Origin: a virus
Lineage: Duplodnaviria > Caudoviricetes
DNA: 61,578 nucleotides
Reading direction: 5' to 3' (one strand)
IMG/VR virus record: IMGVR_UViG_3300032047_000009
Span: 1 to 61,578 of that record
Shown here: positions 59,460 through 61,578 of the stretch, one piece after another
Layout: every line of letters begins with the position of its first letter
How positions within the stretch are numbered: the first letter of the stretch is position 1
Position numbers and translations under genes: made by a program
The notes under the pieces: model-generated
Told to the model about the DNA's origin: nothing
The model's database searches: none
Seen by the model: the letters and a program-made list of their open reading frames with translations, nothing else

Positions 59460-61578
59460 TTAATTATATTTTTTTCTTTTTGAATATCTGCTTGATGCAG
59501 AGTTGTTTGGTCTAATTTTTCTTGTTTTTCTTTTACCTTTTGATCTTATAGAGTAATAACTATCATCTGGTTCAAAGTTTACGGTCCACCTGTTCCAACC
59601 AGATAATAATGCTATTTTTTGCCATGTTTCTGTTTCAACATCTAAAGCGTCTTTAACGTTTCTAGCTTTTGAAACAACCCTATCTAAGGGCACATTAAAA
59701 AATGAAGCAGAGCTACCTATCATATCTAATACAGGATTTTCTATAGATATACCCATTTTTTTAAAAGATTTTTTTTTATACTTGTAATCTGTCAAAGCAT
59801 CATACATGTCTCTATATTTAATACCTATTGAAGGACCAATATTAAAAACTTCACCTATAATTGCAGCCACATCAAATTGTCCTTTTCCTTCCTCAACTTT
59901 TTTGTTTTCGTCATATAACTTTTTACTAGCATTTTTTACCATTGAAAAAATAGCACCTTTAATGCCCGTACCTCTAACTAATGTATCTAACATGTTGTTT
60001 GCTATATAACTTATTTTTCTTTCATTTCTTTTTGTTTCTTCGTCTTCATCTTCTCCTGGAAATAACATACTAAATAAACCTTGTTGTAATGCAGCAAACA
60101 TCATATTTTGTAAAAATGAATAATATAATATTTTACTTACTTTTTCTTTTGGATTACCTCTACCATTTATTAAATCTAAACCGGCTTTTTCTATTAATCT
60201 AGTATATTGCATTGGTGTGTTTTGAAATGATAATATCCATTTACCAGCGGTGCTAGTCTGTTGCATTGATAATCTATCAGCTCTTGCAGACTGTTGTGTT
60301 TCTTCAGTAACCTCTTGAAAATCTATAAAAGCTTTTCTTTCTGCTTCTACTTTTGAAAAACCTTTTGCTGTATATGTATTTATTCTATTTCTGTAAAAAC
60401 TAGCTCCACCCGCGGCAATCGCAAAAGCATCACCAGCTTTAGTAAAAACAAAACCTTTTTGTAAAACTAAACCTAAAACACCTTTAAATCCTTTATTTCT
60501 CTTAATTGCATCAGCAATCTCTGCCTCGTTAACATCAGTTCTTAAACCTCCCCTTCTTTCTTTTAAAAAATCAGAATACATTATGTATTTGAAATCTTTT
60601 GCCCATTGTGTAGGGTTTCCTACCAACGCCTTGCCAAAATGATATATATTGTTGTCTGACCAATTAATATAATTAAAAGTAGATAATGTTTGTAGTGATG
60701 CTGTTCTAGTGTTTAAAAACATTGTGGACGCAACAGAACCTCTCACCCAATTTAACGCTCCATTCATGAAACGATCATTTTTGTTTGAGAGTTTTCCAGT
60801 TTCCATTCTAGTTAAAATATTTAGTAATGCTTTTAAATACTTCTCACCATAAGTTGCTCTTATTTTATTTATATTGTTTTCACTAAAAATAGCATTTTTA
60901 TTCTCAATAAAAGGTCCTAAGAATTTTTTCCTTGAAAGTTGATCTATTGATCTAAGTATATCTTGTCTAATAGTATCAGTTTGCCATGAGTTAACATCTG
61001 GATCTATCCAATATGAATCTTGTCTCATAATACTAGATAAATTACTAGCATATTTTAACATTTTATTACCTGGATATGTTATTATTTTTCCTTTTATTTT
61101 TTGTAGCGTTGCATCATTAACACCAGGAACTTTAGAACCATTTTTAGTATAGAGGTATATTCTTAATGCTTGATCATAGTTAAAACCAGAAATTCCAGTT
61201 TCTTTCTCCATTTCTTTGTGGAAATTAGGATTATCTTTTAAAAACTGTTTATATTTTCTACTAGATAATTGTCTAGATATATCTAATGACATTACTGCTT
61301 TACTAAAAGGTTTTATTAAGTTATCAGTAAAAAATTCTAATTGTTTTTCTCCTTTTTTTCCTTTACCAAGAAAACCATAAAGAAGACCAGCTAAATCTTG
61401 TGCAGAGTGATCCATTATTCTCCACATTTTTTTTCTAGTAGTAGCCAAATTTTTTGAAGTTGCAACATCAATTATGTCATCTAAAGAATATCTTTTATCT
61501 TTTGCCGACAACATTAAACCCATTTGTGATTCTAATTTCAATGTTTTTACTTCATCATTAAAATTAACTTGACTTAAC
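59460..61578 (-). CDS. C-terminal part of a very large virion (ejected core-type) protein, truncated by the right edge
   Basis: Frame stays open to 61578; helical; EETQQSARADRLSMQQ, FQNTPMQY. Confidence 0.55.
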   Translation of the reverse strand, partial: LSQVNFNDEVKTLKLESQMGLMLSAKDKRYSLDDIIDVATSKNLATTRKKMWRIMDHSAQDLAGLLYGFLGKGKKGEKQLEFFTDNLIKPFSKAVMSLDISRQLSSRKYKQFLKDNPNFHKEMEKETGISGFNYDQALRIYLYTKNGSKVPGVNDATLQKIKGKIITYPGNKMLKYASNLSSIMRQDSYWIDPDVNSWQTDTIRQDILRSIDQLSRKKFLGPFIENKNAIFSENNINKIRATYGEKYLKALLNILTRMETGKLSNKNDRFMNGALNWVRGSVASTMFLNTRTASLQTLSTFNYINWSDNNIYHFGKALVGNPTQWAKDFKYIMYSDFLKERRGGLRTDVNEAEIADAIKRNKGFKGVLGLVLQKGFVFTKAGDAFAIAAGGASFYRNRINTYTAKGFSKVEAERKAFIDFQEVTEETQQSARADRLSMQQTSTAGKWILSFQNTPMQYTRLIEKAGLDLINGRGNPKEKVSKILYYSFLQNMMFAALQQGLFSMLFPGEDEDEETKRNERKISYIANNMLDTLVRGTGIKGAIFSMVKNASKKLYDENKKVEEGKGQFDVAAIIGEVFNIGPSIGIKYRDMYDALTDYKYKKKSFKKMGISIENPVLDMIGSSASFFNVPLDRVVSKARNVKDALDVETETWQKIALLSGWNRWTVNFEPDDSYYSIRSKGKRKTRKIRPNNSASSRYSKRKKYN

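Noticed and set aside
59460-61578. Virion RNA polymerase
   Set aside because: No DxDxD catalytic motif in the visible part; cannot be judged from the truncated C-terminus

Overview
AT-rich fragment of a tailed dsDNA phage genome, most likely a podovirus-like phage of Bacteroidota/Flavobacteria. This is inferred from the terminase-portal-scaffold-MCP-ring-stabilisation gene order (like crAss-like and Cellulophaga phi38:1-like phages), A/T-rich leaders without Shine-Dalgarno sequences, and a T9SS-type domain. There are three blocks. (1) 1-36087, minus strand: head, packaging and tail genes, GroEL/GroES, small basic proteins and a set of large fibre proteins. (2) 36362-53342, plus strand: early region with nine copies of a CAGAC-N5-AC-N11-TATAAT promoter, tRNA-fMet flanked by structured non-coding DNA, an HTH protein, a sigma factor, recombination genes, primase-helicase, a T4 gp42-like dCMP hydroxymethylase with MazG-like neighbours, and nrdB/nrdA. 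No recognisable DNA polymerase lies in this block. (3) 53411-61578, minus strand: a lysis region with an operon of exported proteins between a holin-like gene and an M15 endolysin (CsgG-like protein, cohesin/dockerin-like protein, stand-alone T9SS-CTD-like lipoprotein, predicted beta-barrel). This envelope operon is the best candidate for an undescribed system. All calls come from reading motifs by eye; no searches were run.
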